A stretch of DNA of 38,615 nt from an uncultured Prevotellaceae bacterium (GCA_947303695.1 CAMYYX010000001.1:1-38615), one strand, 5' to 3'. Positions 7,456 through 17,372 are shown, counted from the first letter of the stretch. Translations and numbers: made by a program. The notes: a model not told the origin generated them from the sequence alone.

Positions 7456-10400
7456 TTGGAACGTACACAATTACTGAAATCGTTAGCGTCGAATCCCGAT
7501 GTGCGGCGATTGGCGGAGGCGATAGCAAAACGGAAATCTAATGTAGTAGTAGATGGACTTCAGGGTTCATCTGCTGCTTTGTATTTTGCTGCTTTGCTCA
7601 ATCGTGGATTGGTACGTGAAGATGGTGGTGGGCAACCTTATCTGTTTGTGATGGACGACCAGGAGGATGCGGGCTATTTCTATCACGACCTGACCCAAAT
7701 GCATGGCGACAAGGACATCGCGTTTTTCCCGTCATCCTATCGTAGAGCCATCAAATATAATCAGAAGGATGATGCAAATGAACTGTTAAGGACGAATACA
7801 CTGACTTCTGTCCTCAACAGACCATCCTCTCTCAACGCTCAACTTGTGATCGTCACATATCCAGATGCGTTAGCAGAAAGGGTCGTGTCGCGTCAGAATG
7901 TGGAACAGCACTCAATCATATTGTCGAAAGGTAGCACAGTTGATGTGATGGAGTTGGAATCCCAATTGTTTGACTTGGGATTCACGCGTACCGATTATGT
8001 ATATGAACCTGGTCAATTTGCCATACGAGGCAGTATTGTCGATGTGTTCTCTTTCAGTAATGAGGATCCATATCGTGTGGATTTCTTTGGTGACGAAGTG
8101 GATAGCATCCGCACGTTCGACATCATCAGTCAGCTATCTGGAGAAAAACAGGAATCGATTACCATCGTGCCAGATCTTTTGGAGACTCAGTGCCAGTATA
8201 TCTCTTTGCTCTCGTTCTTGCCAGAGAATACACTGGTTGTGACACGTAGCTTGCAATATGTGGCTGATAAGATCGATGAAATCTGCAAAGCAGGGCGTTC
8301 AAGGCAGGCTGAGATAGAAGCAGATGCAACCACAAAAGAAATGATTGTGCCTGATGGCCTTTTGTCGTCAAAGGCGGAATTCGAAAAAGATGTGGCTCAA
8401 CTGCGAAAGGTGATGATTGGCAGTAGTATTGTAAAGGAGACACAAGATAGTAAGAGCCTCCATGTGAGTTTTAACACAAGTACCCAGCCATTGTTCCATA
8501 AGAACTTCGAGCTGGTGACGAACGAGTTTGAACGATTGATCAGTGAAGGCTATTCCATCAATATATTTGCAGATAACGATAAACAGATCCGACGTCTGGA
8601 GGATATCTTCGATGCAAACCGTAAGGGCAGCATGCTGATAACGTTTACACCAGTACCTACGGCCATCCATGAAGGTTTCATTGACCATACGGTAAAGCAA
8701 TGCTACTTTACCGATCATCAGTTGTTCGATCGCTATCATAAATATAGCCTGAAGAGCGATAAAGCCCGTCGGGGAAAGGTGGCTCTCACCTTGAAGGAAA
8801 TACAGCAGTTCGGAATCGGTGATTATGTGGTGCATATAGATCATGGTGTGGGTAAGTTCGGTGGTTTGGTGCGTGTGCCGACGAATGGGCAGATGCAGGA
8901 GATGATCAAGATTATCTATCAGAACGACGATATTGTCTATGTGTCGATTCATGCCCTCAATAAAGTATCGAAATACAAGGGTAGGGAAGGTGAGGCCCCA
9001 CGACTGAACCGCCTGGGTACAGGTGCATGGGAGCGTATGAAAGAGCGGGTGAAGAAGAAGGTGAAGGACATCGCTCGTGACTTGATTCGTCTTTATTCGC
9101 AACGTATGCAGGAGGCAGGCTTTGCCTACAGTGCTGACAGCTATATGCAGCATGAGTTGGAGGCAAGTTTCATCTATGAAGATACCCCCGACCAGTTCAA
9201 GGCAACGCAGGATGTGAAAACCGATATGGAAAAGCCGCAGCCGATGGATCGTCTGGTGTGTGGAGATGTAGGATTCGGTAAGACCGAGGTGGCCATCCGT
9301 GCTGCTTTCAAGGCGGCTGCCGATAGTAAACAGGTTGCTGTGCTTGTTCCTACTACCATTCTGGCCTATCAGCATTATCAGACCTTCAGCGAACGTCTCA
9401 AGGATTTTCCTGTAAGAGTGGAATATATCAGCAGGGCACGAAGTGCAAAACAAATCAAAGAGGTGCTTGCCGATTTGGAGGTAGGAAAGGTGGATATCAT
9501 TATTGGTACACACAAACTGATAGGAAAGGATGTGAAATTCAAAGATCTGGGTTTGTTGGTGATAGATGAGGAGCAGAAGTTCGGTGTGTCCGTGAAAGAG
9601 AAGTTGCGTCAGATGAAAATCAATGTAGATACCCTTACGATGACAGCAACACCTATCCCACGAACCTTACAGTTCTCGTTGATGGGCGCGCGCGATTTGA
9701 GTATCATACAAACTCCGCCGCCGAACCGCTATCCTATACAAACAGAGATACATACGTTCTCGCCAGAGATTATTGCAGAAGCTATCAACTTTGAGATGAG
9801 CCGTAACGGACAAGTGTTCTTTGTCAATAACAAGATTAGCAATCTGGAGGAATTGAAGTCGCTGATTGTGAAAAATGTTCCCGATGCCCGTGTGTGTATC
9901 GGACATGGTCGTATGAATCCACAGGAACTCGAAGAGGTGGTGTTTGACTTTATGAACTATGACTACGACGTGATGCTGTCGACGACGATTGTGGAGAACG
10001 GTATTGATATTCCGAATGCAAACACCATTATTATAAATGGGGCACAGAATTACGGACTGAGTGACTTGCATCAGATGCGAGGCAGGGTGGGACGTAGTAA
10101 CAAGAAAGCGTTCTGCTACCTTCTGGCACCTCCTTTGGCTGCACTCAATGATGATTCCAGACGACGTCTCCAAGCGTTGGAAAACTTCTCGGGATTGGGC
10201 TCGGGCATGCAGATTGCCTTGCAGGATCTTGATATCCGTGGAGCAGGAAATCTGTTGGGGGCCGAGCAGAGTGGTTTTATTGCAGATTTGGGCTATGAAG
10301 CATACCAGAAAGTGCTGGCAGAAGCGATGGAGGAACTGAAGCATGAGATGTATCAGCAACCGACTTCCGGTGATCAGGGAGATGCGGAGAAGGTTTACAT

Positions 10401-10872
10401 CAACGTACCATTTGTTTCGGAGGCATCGGTGGAGTCCGATCTTGTAGCCCACTTCCCTGAGTCGTTTGTACCAAGTAGCGGAGAACGTATCACATTGTAT
10501 CGTGAACTCGATTCCATCACTTCTTACGAGCAACTTGATGCCTACAAGCAACGTCTCATCGACCGATTCGGACAAATCCCAGAGGAGGGTGAGGAATTGC
10601 TGAAGGTGATGCCGCTCAAGTGGCTTGCTGCTGCGGTGGGTGTTGAGAAAGTCACCTTGAAGAGTGGTAATATGATACTTTATCTGGTGGCAGATTTTGA
10701 TAGCCGTTATTATGAGAGTGAAGCGTTCGATAAGATTATCGACTATGCTTCATTCCATCCAAGAAACACCAAGATACGTGAACATGACGGGCGACGCTCA
10801 CTTTGGATTAAAGGTGTTAATTCTGTAAGTCAGGCTGTCACAATTCTTCAAGAAATCAATAAAAAGAGTTAG
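7456..10872 (+). CDS. mfd: Transcription-repair coupling factor Mfd
   Basis: 1138 aa. It has Walker A GDVGFGKTEVA, the DEEQKFG box, TATPIPRTL and HQMRGRVGRS, plus the CarD-like segment GDYVVHIDHGVGKFGGL. The start is a TTG at 7456 and there is no nearby in-frame ATG, so the start is less certain than the gene call. Confidence 0.95.
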   Translation: MERTQLLKSLASNPDVRRLAEAIAKRKSNVVVDGLQGSSAALYFAALLNRGLVREDGGGQPYLFVMDDQEDAGYFYHDLTQMHGDKDIAFFPSSYRRAIKYNQKDDANELLRTNTLTSVLNRPSSLNAQLVIVTYPDALAERVVSRQNVEQHSIILSKGSTVDVMELESQLFDLGFTRTDYVYEPGQFAIRGSIVDVFSFSNEDPYRVDFFGDEVDSIRTFDIISQLSGEKQESITIVPDLLETQCQYISLLSFLPENTLVVTRSLQYVADKIDEICKAGRSRQAEIEADATTKEMIVPDGLLSSKAEFEKDVAQLRKVMIGSSIVKETQDSKSLHVSFNTSTQPLFHKNFELVTNEFERLISEGYSINIFADNDKQIRRLEDIFDANRKGSMLITFTPVPTAIHEGFIDHTVKQCYFTDHQLFDRYHKYSLKSDKARRGKVALTLKEIQQFGIGDYVVHIDHGVGKFGGLVRVPTNGQMQEMIKIIYQNDDIVYVSIHALNKVSKYKGREGEAPRLNRLGTGAWERMKERVKKKVKDIARDLIRLYSQRMQEAGFAYSADSYMQHELEASFIYEDTPDQFKATQDVKTDMEKPQPMDRLVCGDVGFGKTEVAIRAAFKAAADSKQVAVLVPTTILAYQHYQTFSERLKDFPVRVEYISRARSAKQIKEVLADLEVGKVDIIIGTHKLIGKDVKFKDLGLLVIDEEQKFGVSVKEKLRQMKINVDTLTMTATPIPRTLQFSLMGARDLSIIQTPPPNRYPIQTEIHTFSPEIIAEAINFEMSRNGQVFFVNNKISNLEELKSLIVKNVPDARVCIGHGRMNPQELEEVVFDFMNYDYDVMLSTTIVENGIDIPNANTIIINGAQNYGLSDLHQMRGRVGRSNKKAFCYLLAPPLAALNDDSRRRLQALENFSGLGSGMQIALQDLDIRGAGNLLGAEQSGFIADLGYEAYQKVLAEAMEELKHEMYQQPTSGDQGDAEKVYINVPFVSEASVESDLVAHFPESFVPSSGERITLYRELDSITSYEQLDAYKQRLIDRFGQIPEEGEELLKVMPLKWLAAAVGVEKVTLKSGNMILYLVADFDSRYYESEAFDKIIDYASFHPRNTKIREHDGRRSLWIKGVNSVSQAVTILQEINKKS

Positions 10873-10931
10873 GAAATCAAAACTTTTATAAAATAAATCG
10901 ATTTTTGTTTTGTAATTTGCTTCCTTTGTGC

Positions 10932-10939
10932 TATCTTTG
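10932..10939 (+). promoter_or_regulatory. Candidate -7 box TATCTTTG
   Basis: TATCTTTG matches TAnnTTTG and lies about 30 nt upstream of the ATG at 10969. Confidence 0.45.
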
Positions 10940-10968
10940 CAGTTCATAGAATTAATATCTGGTTGAAT

Positions 10969-11718
10969 ATGAACGCAAGCGATAGCATAGTAATCATACC
11001 AACGTATAACGAAAAAGAGAATATCGAGAAGATTATCCGTGCCATTTTTGCATTGGAGAAATGCTTCCATGTTCTGGTTATCGACGATGGTTCTCCTGAC
11101 GGGACAGCAGGTATCGTCAAGCAGCTGATGAACAACGAGTTTGGTGATAGACTGTTTATTGTTGAACGTTCGGGTAAATTAGGTCTCGGTACGGCTTATA
11201 TTACTGGCTTTAAGTGGAGTATAGAACACAAGTATGATTACATCTTTGAGATGGATGCTGACTTCTCGCATGCACCAACCGACCTGCCACGTCTTTATTC
11301 TGCATGTGCTGATGATGGGTATGACCTTGCTATCGGTTCACGCTATATTTCTGGTGTGAATGTTGTGAATTGGCCGATGGGACGTGTGTTGATGTCGTAT
11401 TTTGCTTCGATGTATGTACGGTTCGTCACAGGTTTTCAGATTCACGATACAACAGCAGGTTTTAAGTGCTACAAACGTCGTGTACTTGAGACAATTGATC
11501 TTGATGCCATCCGATTTAAAGGCTATGCATTCCAGATAGAAATGAAGTTTACCGCCTATAAGTGTGGTTTTAAGATAAAAGAAGTTCCTGTGATTTTCGT
11601 GAATCGTGTAGAAGGAACATCAAAGATGAGTGGAGGTATTTTCAGTGAGGCGTTACTTGGTGTCATCCGTCTGCGTTTCGACGGTTGGTTCAAGAAGTAC
11701 CCACAACCAAAAGACTAG
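10969..11718 (+). CDS. GT2 polyprenol-phosphate glycosyltransferase (Dpm1-like polyprenol monophosphomannose synthase)
   Basis: Motifs IIPTYNEKENI, VIDDGSPDGT and EMDADFSH (the DxD-type motif). The size of about 250 aa is typical of Dpm1-like enzymes. I use the ATG at 10969 rather than the TTG at 10963. Confidence 0.85.
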   Translation: MNASDSIVIIPTYNEKENIEKIIRAIFALEKCFHVLVIDDGSPDGTAGIVKQLMNNEFGDRLFIVERSGKLGLGTAYITGFKWSIEHKYDYIFEMDADFSHAPTDLPRLYSACADDGYDLAIGSRYISGVNVVNWPMGRVLMSYFASMYVRFVTGFQIHDTTAGFKCYKRRVLETIDLDAIRFKGYAFQIEMKFTAYKCGFKIKEVPVIFVNRVEGTSKMSGGIFSEALLGVIRLRFDGWFKKYPQPKD

Positions 11719-11721
11719 AGC

Positions 11722-13062
11722 ATGCGAACAATTATAAGTGGAGCTACAATCGTTAATGAAGAACGTCGTTTCATCGGATCGGTCATCATAGAAGATGAAC
11801 GGATTGCGGATATTCAGGAAGGTGAGATACTACCTTCGGAAGATCATGTCAATTTCATTGATGCCAAAGGATTGTTTCTGTTTCCTGGAGTCATTGATGA
11901 CCATGTCCATTTCCGCGAACCTGGTTTTGAGTATAAAGCAGACATCGCTTCAGAAAGCCGTACAGCGGCTGCAGGAGGTGTCACTTCCTATATGGAGATG
12001 CCGAATACCAACCCTCCGACCACGACATTGGAACTCCTTGAACAGAAATTTGAGATAGCGAAGCGCCAGAGTCGTGTGAATTATTCGTTCTTCTTTGGTG
12101 CGACAAACGAAAATATCGATGAACTGACACTGCTCAATCCACATCGTGTGCCAGGTGTAAAAGTTTTTATGGGATCCAGTACAGGTGACCTGCTTGTTGA
12201 CGATGATGACTCTATGCGAGATATTTTCGAACAGTCACCGTTGCGTATCGTAGCCCATTGTGAAGACAATGCCATCATTGAGAAGAACATTAAGGCATTC
12301 AAGAAACGATATAAAGGTCAGAATGATTTTCCTGTCCGTTATCATTCCCGCATTCGTAGTGTTGAGGCTTGCTATGCTGCATCTTCGAGAGCTGTAGCAC
12401 TTGCAAAGGAGACAGGAGCACGTCTGCATATCGCTCATGTGTCATCAGAACGTGAGTTGTCGTTGTTTGAATCTAAACCTCTTGAGGAGAAACAGATTAC
12501 TGCAGAGGTGTGTCTTGCACATCTGATGTTTACGACAGAAGACTAGGACTTGCTGGGAACTAAAATCAAATGTAATCCGTCCGTCAAGACTCCTGAAGAT
12601 CAGGCAGCCCTATATGAAGCGATGAACGATGGACGAATTGATGTTGTCGCTACCGACCACGCTCCCCATTTGCTCAATGAGAAAGTGGGAGGCGCGTTGA
12701 AAGCGATGTCGGGAATGCCGCTTATTCAATTCTCTCTTGTCAGTATGCTCGAGTTATCGGACAAAGGTATCATACCTCTGGAGCATATTCCACAACTGAT
12801 GAGTCATAATCCAGCTCGCCTATATAGAATCCGTGAAAGAGGTTTTATCCGTAAGGGTTATTACGCTGATTTGGTGTTGGTTGATCCCAATGCCAACTGG
12901 CAAGTGGGTGAGGGACGTTACTATACGAAGTGTGGATGGACACCGATGGATGAACGCACATTTAAGTGGAAGGTTGTACGTACTTTAGTGAATGGAGTAA
13001 CAGCATACTCGGATGGTATCGTTATCGACGGCATCCGTGGAATGGAATTGGTATATGATTAG
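11722..13062 (+). pseudogene. pyrC: Dihydroorotase-like amidohydrolase interrupted by a single in-frame TAG (12544-12546)
   Basis: Track ORFs 11722..12546 and 12550..13062 are in the same frame and are separated only by TAG-GAC. Joined, they give about 447 codons with the full metal-site set: DDHVHFREPG, VKVFMGSS, IVAHCE, HIAHVSS in the first half and VATDHAPH in the second. Confidence 0.8.
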
Positions 13063-13795
13063 CCGTTACACGATTGACGAACTGACCGACCTCATTAGTT
13101 GGGAGCATTTCTTCTATACTTGGAATGTGAAGTCGGGTTCAGACGAAGCCGCTCAATTGAAACACGAGGCCTTACAACGTCTGGATTCGTTGAAAGAGCA
13201 TCTACAAGTCCATTATCTCTATCAGATGTTTGAAGCCCAATCTGTTGATGATGATGTTGTTGTGCTTAACAAGTATCGCATTCCTTTTCTGCGCCAACAG
13301 ATTCCCAATTCAGAAGGTTATTGTCTGTGTGTGAGTGACTTTGTGCGTCCGCAACATGACCGTGTGGGAATCTTCGCAACGTCTGTAGGTCAGTTAGCTG
13401 ATACATCCAGCGATGACCCGTATGCCAGCTTATTGCTGCAAACCCTTTCCGACCGTTTGGCTGAGGCTGCTGCTGAACGACTTCAACAGCAGGTTGCAGA
13501 GGCGGAAGGGTGGAACGCTCAACAGATCATTCGTCCGGCAGTTGGCTATCCAATGATTCCAGATATGTCCATCAATTTCATGCTCGACGAACTCTGTGAC
13601 TTGGGTCAGATAGGTATCCAGCTGACAGAAAACGGTATGATGCATCCACATGCTTCAGTAAGCGGATTTATGATGGTCAATCCTCATGCATGCTATTTTG
13701 CTGTCGGGCCTATTAGCGAAGAGCAATTGATTGACTATGCTCAGCGTAGGGGGTATACGATTGAACGGATGAGAAAATTTATAAAAGGGGTATAG
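13055..13795 (+). CDS. Standalone vitamin-B12-dependent methionine synthase activation (AdoMet-binding) domain protein
   Basis: ...IRPAVGYPMIPDMSINFMLDELCDLGQIGIQLTENGMMHPHASVSGFMMVNPHACYFAVGPI... parallels the MetH C-terminal block RPAPGYPACPEH...SVSGWYFSHPDSKYF. I start it at MISRYTIDE (ATG 13055), which overlaps the upstream stop codon (ATGATTAG). Confidence 0.8.
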   Translation: MISRYTIDELTDLISWEHFFYTWNVKSGSDEAAQLKHEALQRLDSLKEHLQVHYLYQMFEAQSVDDDVVVLNKYRIPFLRQQIPNSEGYCLCVSDFVRPQHDRVGIFATSVGQLADTSSDDPYASLLLQTLSDRLAEAAAERLQQQVAEAEGWNAQQIIRPAVGYPMIPDMSINFMLDELCDLGQIGIQLTENGMMHPHASVSGFMMVNPHACYFAVGPISEEQLIDYAQRRGYTIERMRKFIKGV

Positions 13796-13803
13796 TTGAC
13801 TAT

Positions 13804-14712
13804 ATGAAAATTTTAAAGAAAATGCTCATTATCATAGGCATCATCATCCTACTCATACTTATTTTGGTTGGAGTCGGCTATTTCTATGGTAGTCGTCATT
13901 TTGTGGTTCGTGAAGAAACGATTGAGTTTCAGGATCTTCCTGACGAATTCGACGGTTACCGCATTTGCCAATTCTCAGACTTCCATGCGATGGCGTTCCA
14001 TCGTGGTCACGAGGAGGATGTACAGAAAGTGGTCGATCTCATCAATGCACAGCATTGTGACTTGATTGTGTTTACAGGTGACCTCGTAACCATACAAGCC
14101 AATGAGCTCGATGGTTTCATGGACCAACTCTCCCAGCTTTCTGCTCCTGATGGTGTCATGTCCATCATGGGTAACCATGATTATGGCATGTATCAACGCA
14201 GGTTTACGAAGGCACAGAGGCGTAATGACATCAAAGACTTATATAGACGTCAGCATGATATGGGTTGGCAACTCTTGCTCAATGAGCATACATCCATTCA
14301 TCGTGGTGACGATTCGCTTGTGATTGTCGGCGTTGAGAACGATGGGACACCGCCTCATTTCCCTCGATTCGCAGATTTGAAGAAAGCAATGCACGGAATT
14401 GACGAGGGGGCGTTTCAGATTATGCTCAGTCACGATCCCACCCATTGGCGTCGTAGTATCATTCCAGAAACAGATGTGCAACTGACCCTCTCAGGTCATA
14501 CCCATGCAGGCCAATTTAAGATCTTCGGATGGTCACCTGTCACGATGGTTTATAAAGAATGGACAGGACTCTATTCTAATCAGAAGAACGCTGCAGACGG
14601 ACAGCCTCTCACCCAGTATCTCCACATCAGCGAAGGGGTAGGGTGTGTACCCGTACCTTTCCGTATTGGAGCATGGCCAGAAATATGTGTTCTTACACTC
14701 AAAAAACAATAG
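13804..14712 (+). CDS. Membrane-anchored metallophosphoesterase (calcineurin-like)
   Basis: An N-terminal TM helix is followed by the canonical motif series SDFH, TGDLV, GNHDY, SHDP and GHTHAGQ. Confidence 0.85.
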   Translation: MKILKKMLIIIGIIILLILILVGVGYFYGSRHFVVREETIEFQDLPDEFDGYRICQFSDFHAMAFHRGHEEDVQKVVDLINAQHCDLIVFTGDLVTIQANELDGFMDQLSQLSAPDGVMSIMGNHDYGMYQRRFTKAQRRNDIKDLYRRQHDMGWQLLLNEHTSIHRGDDSLVIVGVENDGTPPHFPRFADLKKAMHGIDEGAFQIMLSHDPTHWRRSIIPETDVQLTLSGHTHAGQFKIFGWSPVTMVYKEWTGLYSNQKNAADGQPLTQYLHISEGVGCVPVPFRIGAWPEICVLTLKKQ

Positions 14713-14716
14713 TTCA

Positions 14717-15421
14717 ATGTACACACTCTATTCCTTCCTCATCGCCACCCCTCTCTTCCTCATCGCCACCATCATCATTGGTCTGTTGGTGTCCATCACT
14801 GCCTTGTTTGGACTGAAAACACTCCCACATCGCATCCTTCCCATGTGTTGGGGACGCATCTGTTGCTGGCTCTATCTGCTTCCTGTCCATGTGGAAGGGC
14901 GTGAGCAGCTCGATACGAAGCAGTCATATATCTTTGTAGCCAACCACCAAGGCTATCTCGACATCCTGCTGATGTACGGTTATCTTGGTCATAGCTTTAA
15001 GTGGATGATGAAAGAATACCTCAAAAAAATGCCTATTGTCGGTCAAGCATGTATGATTAGTCGTCAGATATTCGTGGGAGATAGCTTGGCATCCATTCAG
15101 CAAGCAGTGAAGAATGCACGTAAAACGCTACAGGGTGGAATGTCTATGTCCATCTTTCCAGAAGGAACACGTAGTTATGATGGTACGATGGGAACTTTCA
15201 AACGCGGAGCTTTCATGTTGGCCAATGAGATTGGACTGCCCATCGTGCCCATCACCATCAATGGTTCGTTCCGAGCCTTTAGCCGTAAGGATAAGAGTGT
15301 GACGCGTGAAACACTTTCGCTTATCATTCATGAGCCCATTACTCCCGACTATTACCAGCATAAACCGACCAAGGTGTTCATGCAGGAAGTGCATGATATC
15401 ATCAATTCGAGTCTCGATTAA
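14717..15421 (+). CDS. plsC: 1-acyl-sn-glycerol-3-phosphate acyltransferase (PlsC family)
   Basis: It has the HX4D motif NHQGYLD and the FPEGTRS motif, with an N-terminal TM helix. I start it at MYTLYSF (ATG 14717), 4 nt after the upstream stop. Confidence 0.85.
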   Translation: MYTLYSFLIATPLFLIATIIIGLLVSITALFGLKTLPHRILPMCWGRICCWLYLLPVHVEGREQLDTKQSYIFVANHQGYLDILLMYGYLGHSFKWMMKEYLKKMPIVGQACMISRQIFVGDSLASIQQAVKNARKTLQGGMSMSIFPEGTRSYDGTMGTFKRGAFMLANEIGLPIVPITINGSFRAFSRKDKSVTRETLSLIIHEPITPDYYQHKPTKVFMQEVHDIINSSLD

Positions 15422-15505
15422 TGCAAAAATGGAAATAAAATAAGAAAAAAAACTGATTTTTTTCATTTTTTTTTACTTTTGTATTTTTTATTCCTTAAAA
15501 ATTCT

Positions 15506-15513
15506 TAACTTTG
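15506..15513 (+). promoter_or_regulatory. Candidate -7 box TAACTTTG
   Basis: TAACTTTG matches TAnnTTTG in a very AT-rich spacer, about 52 nt upstream of the ATG at 15565. Confidence 0.45.
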
Positions 15514-15564
15514 CGATGTGTTAGTAAACCTAATTACAAATTAAAACTTAATTATTAAAAGCGT

Positions 15565-16005
15565 ATGAAGAAACTTTTTTTAGCAAGTATCGTTGCACTC
15601 GCAATGGGTTTTGCATTCGTTTCATGTAATCAGAAAAGTGATGCTCCAGTAGACATCAAGACTGATGGAACTGCAGTAGAAGTATTGACAGACATCGTTA
15701 CAAAGGCTAAGGCTGATGGTGCTAACTGGACTGTTGACCAGTGGAAGTATGTCTACAAGCAGGTTGGTATTGCAATGAAGCCAATGATGCTTGAAATTGC
15801 ATCTATTACAGAAAACATTACTGAGGAAAATGCAGAAGAGATGATGGCAAAGTATGAGACTCTTGGAAAAGAGTATGAGCCAGTTGAGAAACTCGTTGAC
15901 GAGCTTTCAGAGATTGCTAAGGCTTCACCAAATGGCAAGATTGTTGAGGAAGACAAGGAATTCCAGAAACAATTAGAGCAAGAACTGGGTTTGCCAGATC
16001 TTTAA
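15565..16005 (+). CDS. Small acidic lipoprotein, unknown function (146 aa)
   Basis: MKKLFLASIVALAMGFAFVSC has a lipobox. The rest is predicted to be helical and Glu/Lys-rich. The gene is monocistronic, bracketed by a promoter box and a strong terminator. Confidence 0.7.
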   Translation: MKKLFLASIVALAMGFAFVSCNQKSDAPVDIKTDGTAVEVLTDIVTKAKADGANWTVDQWKYVYKQVGIAMKPMMLEIASITENITEENAEEMMAKYETLGKEYEPVEKLVDELSEIAKASPNGKIVEEDKEFQKQLEQELGLPDL

Positions 16006-16026
16006 TCGGTCATTGATTTCAGAACA

Positions 16027-16055
16027 AACGCTTCACATTAGTGAGGCGTTTTTTA
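16027..16055 (+). terminator. Rho-independent terminator
   Basis: The stem aacgcttcac / gtgaggcgtt is 10 bp with one G-U pair. The loop is atta, and a T-run follows. Confidence 0.7.
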
Positions 16056-16160
16056 TTGAAAGGATATAGATAGATGCCTATTTTGACTCCATCAAAGACA
16101 AAAAAGCATCTCAGAACAGAAAAATAAAGGATTATATTTTGTCGTTTGCTTGGTTGTTGC

Positions 16161-16168
16161 TATCTTTG
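16161..16168 (+). promoter_or_regulatory. Candidate -7 box TATCTTTG
   Basis: TATCTTTG lies about 40 nt upstream of the ATG at 16208. Confidence 0.45.
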
Positions 16169-16207
16169 CAGCATCATTCGGACTTTGAATAAAACAATGT
16201 TATAAAG

Positions 16208-16540
16208 ATGGGTAATAGTAGTTCCAAGTATTATTTAAAAGTTTTATTAAAGATTTTAAAGGGTGTTGCTATCTTATTTGTGATAACAATGGTTGGATGT
16301 TTGATTGCGGATAAGATATGTTTTATCAGGTCTGACATCCGATACGAATGGTATTCCGGCATTTGGCACGGATTATTCATGGTCCCTCATTGGATTATGG
16401 CGAATGTGTTTGACAAGAACGTATATTGTCAAGCACCTAATCATACTTCAGGATATGTCTTTTATTGGTGGTTGATGCTCGTGTTTCATACTTTTGTGGC
16501 CTTCTGTGCCATCGGACCTGGGACGAGCATAAAGAAGTAA
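16208..16540 (+). CDS. Small hypothetical membrane protein (110 aa)
   Basis: The ORF has two or three hydrophobic segments (VAILFVITMVGCLI, WWLMLVFHTFVAFCAI) and follows a promoter box. No family is recognised. Confidence 0.5.
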   Translation: MGNSSSKYYLKVLLKILKGVAILFVITMVGCLIADKICFIRSDIRYEWYSGIWHGLFMVPHWIMANVFDKNVYCQAPNHTSGYVFYWWLMLVFHTFVAFCAIGPGTSIKK

Positions 16541-16544
16541 ACTG

Positions 16545-17372
16545 TTATTCGATTTGCTCGGGTGAAATGAGTGTTGGATCGAACATCACTTTTGAGTGAT
16601 TGTCCCAACTCAACTCCCGGCTGACCACTTCTCCTGTTGTGGGATTGAGGGTTTCCCTGTATATTTTGGAAATGCGGTAATATGTACCATCAGCTTCTTG
16701 ATGGAAATGATGCCCTTCTTCTGTTAGACGATACGCATAGAGGAAAGGGTGCTCGCTTCGTAGTTCGGCCATCAACTCGTCACCTTCACACCACGTGCAG
16801 AGTTGTACCGTTTGGTCTGTGTCGTTACGAAAGCGGTAGTCAACGAAATTGTAGTTGACAGATGTCCCTGCACTGTAGGGATGATGTTGACCGTGGGGAT
16901 CTGGTGCAAGGGCATCGGAGTGGTGGTGTAGTTCGGTGATTGTCATTGGACTATGGAGTATGAGCAGGTTGATGGTGTTGGCTAGGTTGCACAATCCTCC
17001 GCCCACTCCTGCTGTGAGATGTCCGTTGATTAGTACGCGCCCATCTTTGAATCCATTTTGTCTTGATGTCTTCCCAACGACTTTCCAGAATGAGAATGTT
17101 TCGCCAGGATGGATGAGTAGTCCGTCAATTTTGCTACATGCCAACCGTATGTTGTCGGCTTTGTTTTGTTGGTGTAGGGGATTGATGCCTGGTCCGTGTT
17201 TGATCATGTTGTTGTGTTGTATGTTGACAACCTGAGGCAATCGGATGTCTTGATGGCATACAGCATACGTCTCATGAGAGAACATGTCTTTAATGCTCCG
17301 TTTCCATCGCTCTTTCTGTAGCGAAAGTGCATAAGTAAATGGACATATTTCACAAAATAGTTTCCTTTTCAC
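16545..17372 (-). CDS. VanW family protein
   Basis: 275 aa, with the VanW-domain core ...GETFSFWKVVG...GGGLCNLANTINLL... . Confidence 0.8.
   Translation of the reverse strand: MKRKLFCEICPFTYALSLQKERWKRSIKDMFSHETYAVCHQDIRLPQVVNIQHNNMIKHGPGINPLHQQNKADNIRLACSKIDGLLIHPGETFSFWKVVGKTSRQNGFKDGRVLINGHLTAGVGGGLCNLANTINLLILHSPMTITELHHHSDALAPDPHGQHHPYSAGTSVNYNFVDYRFRNDTDQTVQLCTWCEGDELMAELRSEHPFLYAYRLTEEGHHFHQEADGTYYRISKIYRETLNPTTGEVVSRELSWDNHSKVMFDPTLISPEQIE

Noticed and set aside
8368-10575. Long minus-strand ORFs (381 aa at 8368..9513 and 302 aa at 9667..10575) inside mfd
   Set aside because: They are antisense shadows of a gene whose + frame carries every Mfd/helicase motif. Their translations are His/Leu/Cys-rich with no motifs and no promoter context.
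12550-13062. Track ORF 12550..13062 as an independent gene with a TTG start
   Set aside because: It is in the same frame as 11722..12546 and is separated from it only by TAG-GAC. It encodes the C-terminal half (TDHAPH block) of one dihydroorotase fold, so I treat it as part of one interrupted gene.
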